Source: an uncultured Desulfatitalea sp. (GTDB taxonomy: Bacteria > Desulfobacterota > Desulfobacteria > Desulfobacterales > Desulfosarcinaceae). Taken from it: 64,000 bases of DNA. Shown here in pieces: positions 9,426 to 19,474 of the stretch. Both the position numbers and the translations under genes were made by a program. The notes beneath the pieces were generated by a model. That model was not told the origin of the DNA. It ran no database searches and worked only from the letters and a program-made list of their open reading frames with translations. Positions within the stretch are counted from its first letter, which is position 1, and every line of letters starts with the position of its first letter. The stretch spans positions 992,001 to 1,056,000 of the forward strand of contig CAXXMB010000002.1 in the NCBI GenBank assembly GCA_963668675.2, given 5' to 3'.

Positions 9426-10370
9426 TTACTTTAATAGTGTGGTTTCTGAGCCGCAGCATTTTTTGCCATCGAAAAATTCACAAACCAAACATGCCAGGGG
9501 GACAGGCTTGGGCATCGCACCCGGTTTAACCGACAAATACGGGTCCAGAATTCCCCGGGCCCGGACCAGCCGTTCTCTATCAACCGCCACTGTTTTCCCG
9601 GCCTTGATCAGTGCTGCGACAACCGCCTCAGTGGCGACATTCCCCGTGGCACCTGGTGCAAAGGGGCACCCGCCCAGTCCGCCCACACTGGCATCGACCC
9701 GCTGTATACCGTAAGAGACCGCTCGAAGGACATTGGCGACGCCTCTGCCGTAGGTATCGTGAAAATGGACCGCGATATGCTCTGGCGGGACCTTTGGCAA
9801 CAGCACATCCATCAGAGTTGACACTTCATCCGGTGTCGCTTTTCCGATGGTATCTGAAATAGACACCTCATCAATCCCCATATCGATCAAACGCTGTGCC
9901 AGTTTCACAACAGCGCCGGGAGCCATTTTACCCTCAAACGCGCACCAGAAGGCTGTGGAGAGATATCCCCGGACGGGCAGGCCCAGTTCCCTGGCCCGGC
10001 GAACCACCGGTCGGAAGCGCCCCAGGGAACCGTCGACGGTGGTATTGATGTTTTTTTGGTTGAAGGTTTCACTGACTGCCGTGAATACAGAGATTTTATC
10101 TGCACCAGCATCCACCGCCCGGTCAAGCCCTTTTGAATTGGGTACAAGTGCCGAGTAGATCACACCTTTTTTTCGTTGGATATTCTCAAAAACAGTCGCG
10201 GCATCCTTGAGCTGGGGAATCATCTTTGAAGAGACAAAAGCGCTGACTTCAATTTCGCTTACACCTGATTCAGACAATGCATCCACAAAGGCGACCTTGG
10301 CATCTGACGGTACTATTTCAGTTTCGTTTTGCAGCCCGTCCCTGGGGCCGACTTCGACAATTTTTATCAT
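9426..10370 (-). CDS. Hydroxymethylglutaryl-CoA lyase
   Basis: EVGPRDGLQNE, HFHDTYG, GLGGCPFAPGATGNVATE. Confidence 0.92.
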   Translation of the reverse strand: MIKIVEVGPRDGLQNETEIVPSDAKVAFVDALSESGVSEIEVSAFVSSKMIPQLKDAATVFENIQRKKGVIYSALVPNSKGLDRAVDAGADKISVFTAVSETFNQKNINTTVDGSLGRFRPVVRRARELGLPVRGYLSTAFWCAFEGKMAPGAVVKLAQRLIDMGIDEVSISDTIGKATPDEVSTLMDVLLPKVPPEHIAVHFHDTYGRGVANVLRAVSYGIQRVDASVGGLGGCPFAPGATGNVATEAVVAALIKAGKTVAVDRERLVRARGILDPYLSVKPGAMPKPVPLACLVCEFFDGKKCCGSETTLLK

Positions 10371-10634
10371 TGGCAGTCACCAGAGCATTTTAGCATTCCA
10401 AATTCTTATATTAGATGTAACCCTGTGTTGAAAACAAAACCAGAAAGAAATCCGAATAATAGAACTGTGTTATTATTTAACGCGTCATAGCAGATCATTA
10501 TGTCATTGTTTTTATGTGAATTGGCAGCTTGATTATGGTCTATCTCCCATGATAGTGCGTTTCCAAAACAATTATCCAATGCGGTCTGCGAAGGGAATGG
10601 GAAAGTCGCAAGGATTTTCCGGTGATGATCAATT

Positions 10635-11384
10635 CTAACGTTTGTTTACCCCTTCAGCATAACGACAGTTAGGGAAATTCGAACACCCCAAGTATTTTCG
10701 GCCTGCGTATCTGCCTTTCGTAGCAACCTTCTCTACCAGTCCTGCGCCGCATCGGGGGCATGCGACTTCTATTTCAAGTTCAATGGTTGGGGTGTTTTCA
10801 CTGGACTCGATCCTTGTGTTTACGATTTTTATTCCATTTTCAACCCCATTATTATCTTTGATGTGCTGGCCCTGAATGCTTTCTTTCTCGATAATCCCGC
10901 AGTGCTCCAAGAGGCGTGTGATTTCGGAGATGGAATAGTTCGCCCTGGGCTTCACTCTGAGCAGAGGTATCCTTGAGACTTTGAGAACCTTATCAACAAA
11001 GTGATCTCTCCGGACGCCTTGGGGGGTGTTATGGGTTCGGTCATCCAGCTCGACGGCCCCCCTTATGGACATATCATTTGCACGGCAAATTAAAAACTCT
11101 ACATAATTGGTGGAGGCGAAGTTAAGTGCCCGGCGCTCGGCGTATCGTGACAACCCTTTTTTTACTTCAACGACATCACACAGTCTGATTTTGCTGAAAA
11201 CACGATAGTCACTGCCCAGGCTCTTTTCAATAACGCCCAACAAAGATCTTTCGGATGGTGAAAGTAATGTGTGGATCTTCTGATAGGAGAACTCATCATC
11301 TGCTTGAAGTGATGATTTTTTAATCAAATAAAAAGCAACCCCCAGAACTAAAAAAATGATCAAGGCAGTAATCAGATACAACAT
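10635..11384 (-). CDS. DUF2726 protein with N-terminal TM and C-terminal topoisomerase C4 zinc finger
   Basis: LLSPSER, VFSKIRLCD, AVELDDRTH, RRDHFVD; CPRCG..GRKYLGCSNFPNCRY. Confidence 0.85.
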   Translation of the reverse strand: MLYLITALIIFLVLGVAFYLIKKSSLQADDEFSYQKIHTLLSPSERSLLGVIEKSLGSDYRVFSKIRLCDVVEVKKGLSRYAERRALNFASTNYVEFLICRANDMSIRGAVELDDRTHNTPQGVRRDHFVDKVLKVSRIPLLRVKPRANYSISEITRLLEHCGIIEKESIQGQHIKDNNGVENGIKIVNTRIESSENTPTIELEIEVACPRCGAGLVEKVATKGRYAGRKYLGCSNFPNCRYAEGVNKR

Positions 11385-11413
11385 TCAACGAACCTCCAAA
11401 TTTATGATCCACA

Positions 11414-11670
11414 ATCGGGATAGGAAGAGACCTCACGGTCCCTCTCACCCACACCACCGGGCATACGGATCGCGTACCACGGCGGTTCGGTTGATTAAGT
11501 CGGTTTTGATAACGAGCTGGGAACCCTAAATTTGCCAAATAGCGTGCAGTCAATTCAAAGGCCAAAGCCGGACTGCGGCTGAGCCTCCAGAGACCACGGG
11601 CTGATTTGCAGGTGTTCCAGGCAAGGTCTCGACTTACGCCGAGGCTCCGAAGTTGCCTGTATCCCGATCG
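11414..11670 (-). mobile_element. 3' remnant of a class C group II intron (maturase tail plus domains V and VI)
   Basis: Minus strand gaaccgccgtggtacg..ccgtatgcccggtggtgtgg (DV, CGC triad), DVI ending cctatcccgat; peptide GYRQLRSLGVSRDLAWNTCKSARGLWRLSRSPAL resembles the maturase C-terminus. Confidence 0.85.
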
Positions 11671-12355
11671 AAGAAGGGTCAATCGAAAAAGGGATCAAGT
11701 CTGCTCCTGACTCATTTCGAGGTCCACAAAATTTACCTTGATTAGTCACGCAAACAAAATACCTCTGAAAGCAGCTAATCATCAGCTTTTTTGCTTAATG
11801 CGTCAAGGGTAGACTTGACCCCATTAGACTGCTGGGGAGCAACCTGCCGAGGGATAGCCGGATGCAGGTGGCATTGAATAATGCCCCGGGAGGAAACGGC
11901 TTGAATAAATCGGCTGTTTCCTCCATCCCAAACATCATTCAAGCCTTCCTGCCCAAGCCTTAAAAAAACCCAATACAATAGACGCGCGTAGCGCATCCAA
12001 CAAAATTCAACTGCCTGGGATCAGCAAGGAAAAAGATCCGCCAGACAAGCAAAAATGTTCTCCAGTATAGATATGGGATGATTGGTCTGCGAATGACCCC
12101 ATGGTCGGGAAAGTGCTACCCTATTTTTCTTTAAAACTGGGCCATATTTAATGATGTGCACACCCATAATCGAAAGCTTAACTGCACCCGACTTTTTACG
12201 AGGCCATCATATATGGGGTGCCTAAAATTTTCTGGACTGAGGGCGAATGCAATTAAACACATCTGAAAGGATTGAATGTACCCAAAGATGGGGTCGTTCT
12301 CGGTGCTGGAATATTTGAATAAAATGAGTCCAGGAGACCTGGGTTGATTCCTGCA

Positions 12356-13860
12356 CTAGTCCCTATAGGACGGTGGCGCCACGAACCCGCCGACAAGCCT
12401 GGACATACTCTTTGCAAAAGCGATGGTTTTTCGATCCGCTAATTTTGGGCCGATGATCTGAATACCCACCGGCAGGCCTGAATCGCTCAATCCAACCGGA
12501 GCTACAGTAGCTGGCAAGCCTGACACCACTGCCATCATTGCCCAGGTAAGATGTTCCATGTATCGATGATCTTTTCCGTTTACAACCAATGTGCGCTCGA
12601 ACATCGGCTGTGTCTGGATATGCGAAAAAGCCACGGTTGGTGTTACCGGAGCCAGCAGTACATCATAGCTTTCAAAAAATGCCTCCCACCTGGCCTGCAT
12701 TTTTTTCTGTCTGGTGACGAGCGCCTCAGGCAGAGGCAGGTTATTCCTTTTAACAAAGATACTCAGCCATAATTGACGGCTTTCCTCCAGACTTATGTTA
12801 GGAGGCGCTGTTTCATCTACCTGGACACCTGCTTTGCGCAGCTTATTTACTGCCTTGAGAAGAACCGACATGACTTCTGCATCGATTTCAGCTCCGGAAT
12901 AGGGGTCGGTAAACCAAGCTGCGACGCGATAATCCTGCAACGGCTTTTTGGGCGGGGATAACAGTTCCGGGCGGCTGCCATCCTTATCTGACTTGCCCGG
13001 AGTCGTTAATATTTCCATGGCCAGTTCCAAATCTTCGGCACTCCGGGCCATGGGCCCGGTAACAGAAAGCGGCATCTCCGACATTTTGTAGGGAGCAACC
13101 TTTCCGGGGAGAGCAAGGATATCTTCATATTTCGGTACGATCCCAATAAGTCCGGATCTCGGTACGATTCCAAAAGTTGGTTTGTGCCCGTAAACCCCTG
13201 TGTAATGAGCCGGATTCCGGAGTGAGCCTCCTATATCGCTGCCCAGCTCAAGGGGAGTGAAACCCATGGCCAGCGCCGCTGCCGAACCGCCTGATGAACC
13301 GCCAGGCGTTCTGGTTACATCCCATGGATTATTGGTGGTGCCATAGACGTTATTGAAGGTTTGAAAATCCACTGCATGAAATGGCACATTCGTTTTGCCG
13401 AACACGATTGCGCCCGCATCTATGAGGCGTTGAACAGCCGTCGCATTACGCTTAGGCATGTAGTTTTTAAATTTGGGGTCTCCTGCGGTTGCGGGCATGC
13501 CGACCACTTCGAACATTTCTTTTACCGTGATGGGCAGGCCATGAAGAGGTCCCCATATCTGACCCCGTGCGATCGCTTTGTCAGCCTGGGCCGCCTTTGC
13601 CCTGGCTGCGTCCACATCCATGGCCACCACTGCATTGACGGCACCGTTATAGAGCTCTATGCGCCTAAGGTATAGGTTTAGCAGTTCACTGGAGGTTATC
13701 TCGCCTTGCTGAAGGGCAATTGTCAATTCGCAGGCAGTTTTGTAGTAAGCAGGATGGACGTTACGGGGGGGGGGCTGGTCATGAAATTCCCGCAGCTGAG
13801 GAGAGCGCTAATGAGAATGATGGTTGAACAGAGTTGGAGAATTTGCTTGAAAGGTCTCAT
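12356..13860 (-). pseudogene. Amidase-signature family lipoprotein, frameshifted at a G10/C10 tract
   Basis: GPLHGLPITVKE, GGSSGGSAAA, GSDIGGSLR. ATG 13860 with AGGAGG RBS and lipobox LLSC is out of frame with the amidase body; the shift maps to G10 at 13765-13774. Confidence 0.75.
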
Positions 13861-13994
13861 GAACTGCCCTCCTTTTTCAATAGTTCAAATTCTGCAGACT
13901 TTCTTAATTGTTACCCCATAGCTTCATCCATTCATCACTTTTAGCCGCACCTAACAGTAAAAGATTTTTGCGTTAACCATAATTTATAACAAAC

Positions 13995-14201
13995 TCAACT
14001 ATGCAACCGGGGAAGCAGGGGACGGGGGACTTTGGGGTATTTCTCGTTGGCCTTTTTCATAGCCTTTCTTATATCTTTTCCCTTTCGAAGCCATCGTAAG
14101 ATTTTATTATCATATCGGATTTCATCTTTGGTATGATCACCGAATATTTCATCAGCTCTGTTCAGATATTGTTCAAAAAAGACCATCAGATCTTCTTTCA
14201 T
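13995..14201 (-). pseudogene. Short, probably truncated cassette ORF
   Basis: ATG lies about 10 bp after the attC R' box; C-terminus looks like run-on into unrelated sequence. Confidence 0.4.
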
Positions 14202-14211
14202 CGATTAATGC

Positions 14212-14275
14212 TGCGAACGATTGTTTCACCAGGCGCAACGATCTATCAGCGATCCGGTGCAAACAGAGGTTGGCC
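14212..14275 (-). other. Integron attC site
   Basis: Minus strand GGCCAAC..tgcaccgg..cctggtga..GTTCGCA, 64 bp, starting just after the toxin stop codon. Confidence 0.7.
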
Positions 14276-14283
14276 GAGCTGCT

Positions 14284-14595
14284 TTATATATCGAGCGCAA
14301 AACGGATGGCCCGTCCAACATCAATCATTTTAGCTGGCGGTAAGGATGTAATCAGAGCCCCAATTTTTCCTCTTGAAACAGTTTGCAAATGGTCACAATT
14401 AATGGCGCAATCCCGTGGCATGCCATCGGGTTTGGAAAGAAACACCTCGGATGGTATTTCACGGACTGTGCTTGTAATTGGGGCAACCGTTACTTGACCA
14501 AGATAATCTAAAATAGAGTCTCGGGTCAGGATGAGAACTGGTCTCTTTTTGTCTGGATGCGCAAATTTGAACCACCGTATTTCACCATGTTTCAT
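14284..14595 (-). CDS. mazF: PemK/MazF-family toxin
   Basis: GEIRW, DKKRPVLILTR, VTVAPITST, NCDHLQTV. Confidence 0.9.
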   Translation of the reverse strand: MKHGEIRWFKFAHPDKKRPVLILTRDSILDYLGQVTVAPITSTVREIPSEVFLSKPDGMPRDCAINCDHLQTVSRGKIGALITSLPPAKMIDVGRAIRFALDI

Positions 14596-14825
14596 TCATC
14601 ACCCCAATCCTGTTCTGCCTCCCAAACTGAAAACTCATCACCAAGAATTGGTTTTCGATCATAACCTTCTCTGTGCTTGCGTTCCAATTGCTCAAGATTG
14701 TAATTGGCCAATGCCTCTCGAAGGGCCTTTCTCGTGAAAGCTGAACGGCTTGTATTGAGCAGTTTTGAAACATGGTCGACGGATTTGACAAGATCGTCGT
14801 CAAGTGTCATTTGAATTGTTCGCAT
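14592..14825 (-). CDS. Ribbon-helix-helix antitoxin
   Basis: MRTIQMTLDDDL..SRSAFTRKAL; acidic tail; ATGA overlap with the toxin gene. Confidence 0.85.
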   Translation of the reverse strand: MRTIQMTLDDDLVKSVDHVSKLLNTSRSAFTRKALREALANYNLEQLERKHREGYDRKPILGDEFSVWEAEQDWGDE

Positions 14826-14896
14826 ATCACACCCCCATTATGTGGATTATAATAGCTATGCTAATCCACATAATGGTAAGTGTCAAGCTCGTTTTG

Positions 14897-14968
14897 GGCC
14901 AACGACCAAGCTCACCGGCGGCAATGGAGCGCAAAGGAATTGCCGTCCGGTGCATCGCCTTGTTCGCC
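14897..14968 (-). other. Integron attC site
   Basis: Minus strand GGCGAAC-aaggcgatgcaccggacggcaat..attgccgccggtgagcttggtc-GTTGGCC, 72 bp imperfect palindrome with extrahelical bases. Confidence 0.85.
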
Positions 14969-14986
14969 AATGCTTATGTGTGCCCG

Positions 14987-15841
14987 TCACTTTTTCATCA
15001 AATACTTGGCCACAGCTTGATAGGCTGGCAACGAGGTTGGGTCAATCTGCGCGTTCTCAGACGTGGGAAAAGACGCGAACCGCACGATGACCATCTCGGC
15101 GGTCGGGTCTATATAGATGGTTTGCCCATGAACGCCACGTGCAGCAAAAGCGCCATGCTTATTATGGAAAGCCCACCACATACTACGGTAACTCCCGCCT
15201 TTAAGCGTTTTGTAACCAGCCTTAGCAAATGCTTTCTTATCGCCACCGGCCCGGATGTTCTCCATAACTTCATTCGGGAACAAGCGTTGCTCATTGATCT
15301 TGCCGCCGTTAAGCATTAAAAGCCCAATACGCCCCAAGTCTCGCAGACCGGCACTGAATCCGCCGCCTGCGAACGGGGTACCCTTGCTATCGACTGTCAT
15401 GTATGCATCCTGCTCCGCGCCCATCCTACTCCAGATACGCTCCGACAGAAGGTGCGCAAGATCCTTGCCTGTGACCCGCGATATAATCCAACCAAGTGCG
15501 TCCGTGTTGATTGTCCTGTAGCCGAAGGCCTCACCTGCTTGACGGTTTGTAGATACTCAAAATAGCCGTTTGGGCCTTCATAGCCCTTTGGTTTCGGTAA
15601 TCAGTTCCCGAATATGGCATACCGTCCATCGCAACTTTGGGAAGCTGAAGAAGTCGGATTCCGGCTGCATGATCAGCTTCTCGGCTGGTGGAGGGAACCC
15701 CGTCATCCAACCAAGTGCTGCGGGGTCAGACTCTTCTGCGCTTAGTGGGTTGCCGGTTTGCGCAGAGACACCGCCTGATATAGCCCATAGGGCAACCCCT
15801 CCAATGAGTCCCATCAAAGACTTCCGATTTATAAGTAACAT
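14987..15841 (-). pseudogene. Serine hydrolase (beta-lactamase/NylB-like) pseudogene
   Basis: N-terminal GWMTGFPPP and C-terminal AFAARGVHGQ fragments in different frames; central SxxK region missing; GEAFGYRTINTDALGW in the C-terminal frame. Confidence 0.8.
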
Positions 15842-16234
15842 ACTCTTTCTATCTTGTTTTCCGTGGGTGAACAAACGTTTACCCGCCCTATTTGCACCAG
15901 TAGTATCTGTTCTGAAATTATCTGCAAACTATCGCCCATATCGTCTTATGTCAATGTAATAATTCAGTATTATTCACTATCGCATTAATTGGGAGATAAA
16001 TAAAAAGATCAGGTTGTGCCCATGAACCGACCATTATTGATCCGATGCCGCAACATAGTACTGACAATATCGGAAAACCGCGTCAACTCCACCATGTCCG
16101 CAATGTTAGTCGAAGAATTCAATAATTTCTGCAATTAGAAAGAATAGTAAATATTAATGCAGACAATTCCTTTATCTGATATAATTCGATGTAGTCGATT
16201 TATCGATTGGGCGAATCAGGGTTAAGGAGGTGCT

Positions 16235-17554
16235 ATGAAAGTACCGAAAATAGAGACCCGGTTGCCAGGGCCCAATGCCAAAAAATTCATTCGCCGCGAC
16301 AAAGCTCACGTATCTCCCTCCTACACACGCTATTACCCACTGGTAGTTGAAACGGCGCAAGGTCTATGGGTCACGGATATCGATGGAAACGTCTTTCTCG
16401 ACTTTACCGCCGGCATCGCCGTCTGTGCGACCGGCCATTGCCACCCTCGGGTGGTCGAAGCGATTCACCGGCAGGCGGATCGATTGCTTCACATGTCGGG
16501 AACCGATTTCTACTATACGCTTCAGATCGAGCTGGCCGAAAAGCTGGCCAAACTGGCCCCCGGCCGCTTCTCCAAAAAAGTCTACTTCGGTAATTCCGGT
16601 GCCGAAGCGGTGGAAGCCGCCTTTAAACTGGCGCGCTGGCACACCAAACGGGAGCTGAACATCGCTTTTTACGGCGCCTTTCACGGACGAACCATGGGCG
16701 CCCTGTCGTTGACGGCGAGCAAAACGATCCAGAAGAGAAACTATCATCCGTTCGTCCCCGGCATCACCCATATTCCCTACCCATACTGTTATCGGTGCCC
16801 CTACCAGTTGACCCACCCATCGTGCGATCTCTATTGCGTCAGATGGATCGAGGAGACGCTGTTCCGCACCTCATTGCCGCCGGAAGAAGTTGCCGCCATC
16901 ATCCTGGAGCCGATTCAGGGCGAAGGGGGCTATATTGTCCCGCCAAAAGATTTTCATAAGCGGCTTTACCGGATCGCTCAAAAGTACGAGATCCTGTATG
17001 TTGTCGATGAGGTTCAAAGCGGCATGGGAAGAACCGGCAAGCTATTTGCCATGAACCATTTTGGGGTGGCCCCGGACATTATGGCCCTTGCCAAGGGAAT
17101 CGCCTCCGGCATGCCCCTTGGCGCCATGGTGGCCCGAGCTGGCATTATGGACTGGGAAGCCGGTTCGCATGCGTCCACATTCGGGGGAAATCCGGTCTCC
17201 TGCGCCGCTGCGCTGGCCACCATTTCTCTTCTGGAGGAGGGGCTTGTTGAAAATGCTGCCGTTCAGGGCTCCCGTCTCATCGCCGGTCTGCGAAAGCTTC
17301 AAAAAGAGCATGAGGGGATGGGCGATGTTCGCGGAAAGGGCTTGATGGTGGCCGTCGAGATGGTGAAGGACCGGGAGACCAAGGAGCCGGACCCGCAGAC
17401 ACGGGATGCCATCATACAGAGTGCGTTTCAAAAGGGGATGCTTCTGTTGGGTTGCGGCCACAACAGCATTCGGTTCAGCCCCGCCCTTACCGTTTCCACA
17501 GAAGAGATCGACTTGTGTCTGACGATCTTCGAAGAAGCATTGAATGGCAGATAA
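16235..17554 (+). CDS. Class III PLP aminotransferase (GABA/lysine/ornithine type)
   Basis: NSGAEAVE, FHGRT, EPIQGEGG, DEVQSGMGRTG, LAKG. Confidence 0.9.
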   Translation: MKVPKIETRLPGPNAKKFIRRDKAHVSPSYTRYYPLVVETAQGLWVTDIDGNVFLDFTAGIAVCATGHCHPRVVEAIHRQADRLLHMSGTDFYYTLQIELAEKLAKLAPGRFSKKVYFGNSGAEAVEAAFKLARWHTKRELNIAFYGAFHGRTMGALSLTASKTIQKRNYHPFVPGITHIPYPYCYRCPYQLTHPSCDLYCVRWIEETLFRTSLPPEEVAAIILEPIQGEGGYIVPPKDFHKRLYRIAQKYEILYVVDEVQSGMGRTGKLFAMNHFGVAPDIMALAKGIASGMPLGAMVARAGIMDWEAGSHASTFGGNPVSCAAALATISLLEEGLVENAAVQGSRLIAGLRKLQKEHEGMGDVRGKGLMVAVEMVKDRETKEPDPQTRDAIIQSAFQKGMLLLGCGHNSIRFSPALTVSTEEIDLCLTIFEEALNGR

Positions 17555-17593
17555 GAGATCATATCGCCCGGGATTATCGTGCGTATGAGGACG

Positions 17594-17751
17594 CAATGTC
17601 GCTAACTGAGGATTTCTTCGTTAATGCTTCGGGCGGGGATAAACCCCGCGCCTACACGACTGAGGTATGACAACAATAGGTATTTACGATGAATTTTTCG
17701 CAGGGCGGGCTTTATGCCCTACCACGGCGGCCGCTTAGGTTAATGACACTG
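17594..17751. mobile_element. MITE-like element containing GTAG REP-like palindromes
   Basis: Imperfect TIRs caatgtcgctaactgag / cttaggttaatgacactg flank two gggcggg..ccc palindromes. Confidence 0.55.
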
Positions 17752-17768
17752 TATTAGGACTTATAGCT

Positions 17769-19313
17769 ATGGAGAAAGTCATGGCACACTCTATCATTCA
17801 ATCATTGGGCTTGGAGGACGTTCAGCAAGGGGCGGGCACCGGCACCATGCTCAACTGCCGGGGGACGCTGCTCAAGAGCATATCACCGATCGATGGCGAG
17901 TGTATCGGCACGATTCGCTGCGCCACTCAAGACACCTATGACCGAACTGTTGCCGCTGCGGCCGAGGCCTTTAAAACGTGGCGGATGGTACCGGCTCCCA
18001 AACGGGGAGATATTGTCCGCCAAATCGGTATTGCCGTGCGGGAGAAAAAAAGCGAATTGGGCGCGCTCGCCAGTCTTGAAGTCGGGAAAATCCGTGCGGA
18101 GGGCGAAGGTGAGGTTCAGGAGATGATCGACATTGCCGATTTCGCCGTCGGGCAGTCGCGAATGCTCTATGGTCTTACGATGCACAGCGAGCGGCCTTCC
18201 CACCGCATGTATGAGCAGTGGCACCCATTGGGTCCGGTGGGCGTCATTACCGCCTTTAACTTCCCGGTGGCGGTGTGGTCATGGAATGCCATGATTGGCC
18301 TCATCTGCGGCGACACGATCATTTGGAAACCCTCTTTCAAAGCACCTCTCACGGCGCTTGCCATCATGAAAATCGCCTGGCGCGTGTTAAAAGAGAACAG
18401 CATGCCGGACGGTGTGTTGAATATCGTCATCGGCAGTCGAAATCGCGTCGGGAGCCGGTTGGTGGCCGACCGGCGGGTGCCGCTTATCTCCGCCACAGGC
18501 AGCGTGGCCATGGGCAGAGCGGTCGCCCAAAAGGTCGGCGCCCGGCTCGGGAAAACGATATTGGAGTTGGGCGGCAACAATGCGGTTATCGTAGCGCCCT
18601 CTGCGGATTTGAAAACCGCCGTTCAGGCGATTGTGTTCGGTGCGGTGGGCACCGCCGGCCAGCGGTGCACCACAACGCGAAGAGTCATTGCACACCAAAG
18701 CATCTACGCCTCGCTCAAAAAGGCGCTGGTCAAGGCTTACAAACAGGTCTCCATCGGAGATCCATTGGCGGAAGGCATTCTCATGGGACCGCTCATCGAC
18801 AGAAAGGCGGTCGACAACATGCAGGCCGCATTGAAAGAAGCGGTTAGGCAGGGCGGCAAAATTCTCCATGGCGGAAAGATTCTCTCCGGTGGTCTTTACG
18901 ATACGGGAACCTATGTCACTCCCTGCATCTGCGAAATTGCACCCGACCGCCCGATTGTTCGGCAAGAGACGTTTGCACCGATACTGTATCTATCCAAATA
19001 TCGAAAAATCGAAGAGGCTGTCTTCTATCAAAACGATGTTCCCCAGGGTCTCTCGTCTTCTCTGTTCACCACCGACATGAAAGAGTCCGAGCTGTTTCTC
19101 AGCCACCAAGGAAGCGATTGCGGCCTTGCCAACGTCAATATGGGGACCTCTGGCGCTGAGATCGGCGGCGCGTTCGGGGGTGAAAAGGATACCGGCGGAG
19201 GGCGGGAGTCCGGTTCCGACGTCTGGAAGGCCTACATGCGGCGTCAGACCAACACCATCAACTGGTCTGATGAACTGCCCCTCGCACAGGGGATACGGTT
19301 TGATATAGAATGA
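17769..19313 (+). CDS. Aldehyde dehydrogenase family 7 (aminoadipate-semialdehyde/P6C dehydrogenase-like)
   Basis: ITAFNFPVAVW, LELGGNNA, GTAGQRCTT, GAEIGGAFGGEKDTGGGRESGSD. Confidence 0.9.
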   Translation: MEKVMAHSIIQSLGLEDVQQGAGTGTMLNCRGTLLKSISPIDGECIGTIRCATQDTYDRTVAAAAEAFKTWRMVPAPKRGDIVRQIGIAVREKKSELGALASLEVGKIRAEGEGEVQEMIDIADFAVGQSRMLYGLTMHSERPSHRMYEQWHPLGPVGVITAFNFPVAVWSWNAMIGLICGDTIIWKPSFKAPLTALAIMKIAWRVLKENSMPDGVLNIVIGSRNRVGSRLVADRRVPLISATGSVAMGRAVAQKVGARLGKTILELGGNNAVIVAPSADLKTAVQAIVFGAVGTAGQRCTTTRRVIAHQSIYASLKKALVKAYKQVSIGDPLAEGILMGPLIDRKAVDNMQAALKEAVRQGGKILHGGKILSGGLYDTGTYVTPCICEIAPDRPIVRQETFAPILYLSKYRKIEEAVFYQNDVPQGLSSSLFTTDMKESELFLSHQGSDCGLANVNMGTSGAEIGGAFGGEKDTGGGRESGSDVWKAYMRRQTNTINWSDELPLAQGIRFDIE

Positions 19314-19474
19314 TTCGGTTCCTTATTCGAATTTCCACTCTTATTTTCAATGTTGTATTGGATTCGAAAAAAATGATTTACCCCGCATCCTGTGACCAGT
19401 AAGATACGGAAAAAAATTATTTGGACAGCCAATGATGCTGCTCTGAACACTGGTCTGCCATCAGGAGCGCCGCC

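Noticed and set aside
11320..11682. 120-aa ORF as a real gene
   Set aside because: It is the maturase tail reading through intron DV/DVI into the next gene.
15955..16200. ARG-box-like operators upstream of the aminotransferase
   Set aside because: AT-rich sequence gives only partial matches that cannot be told from chance.
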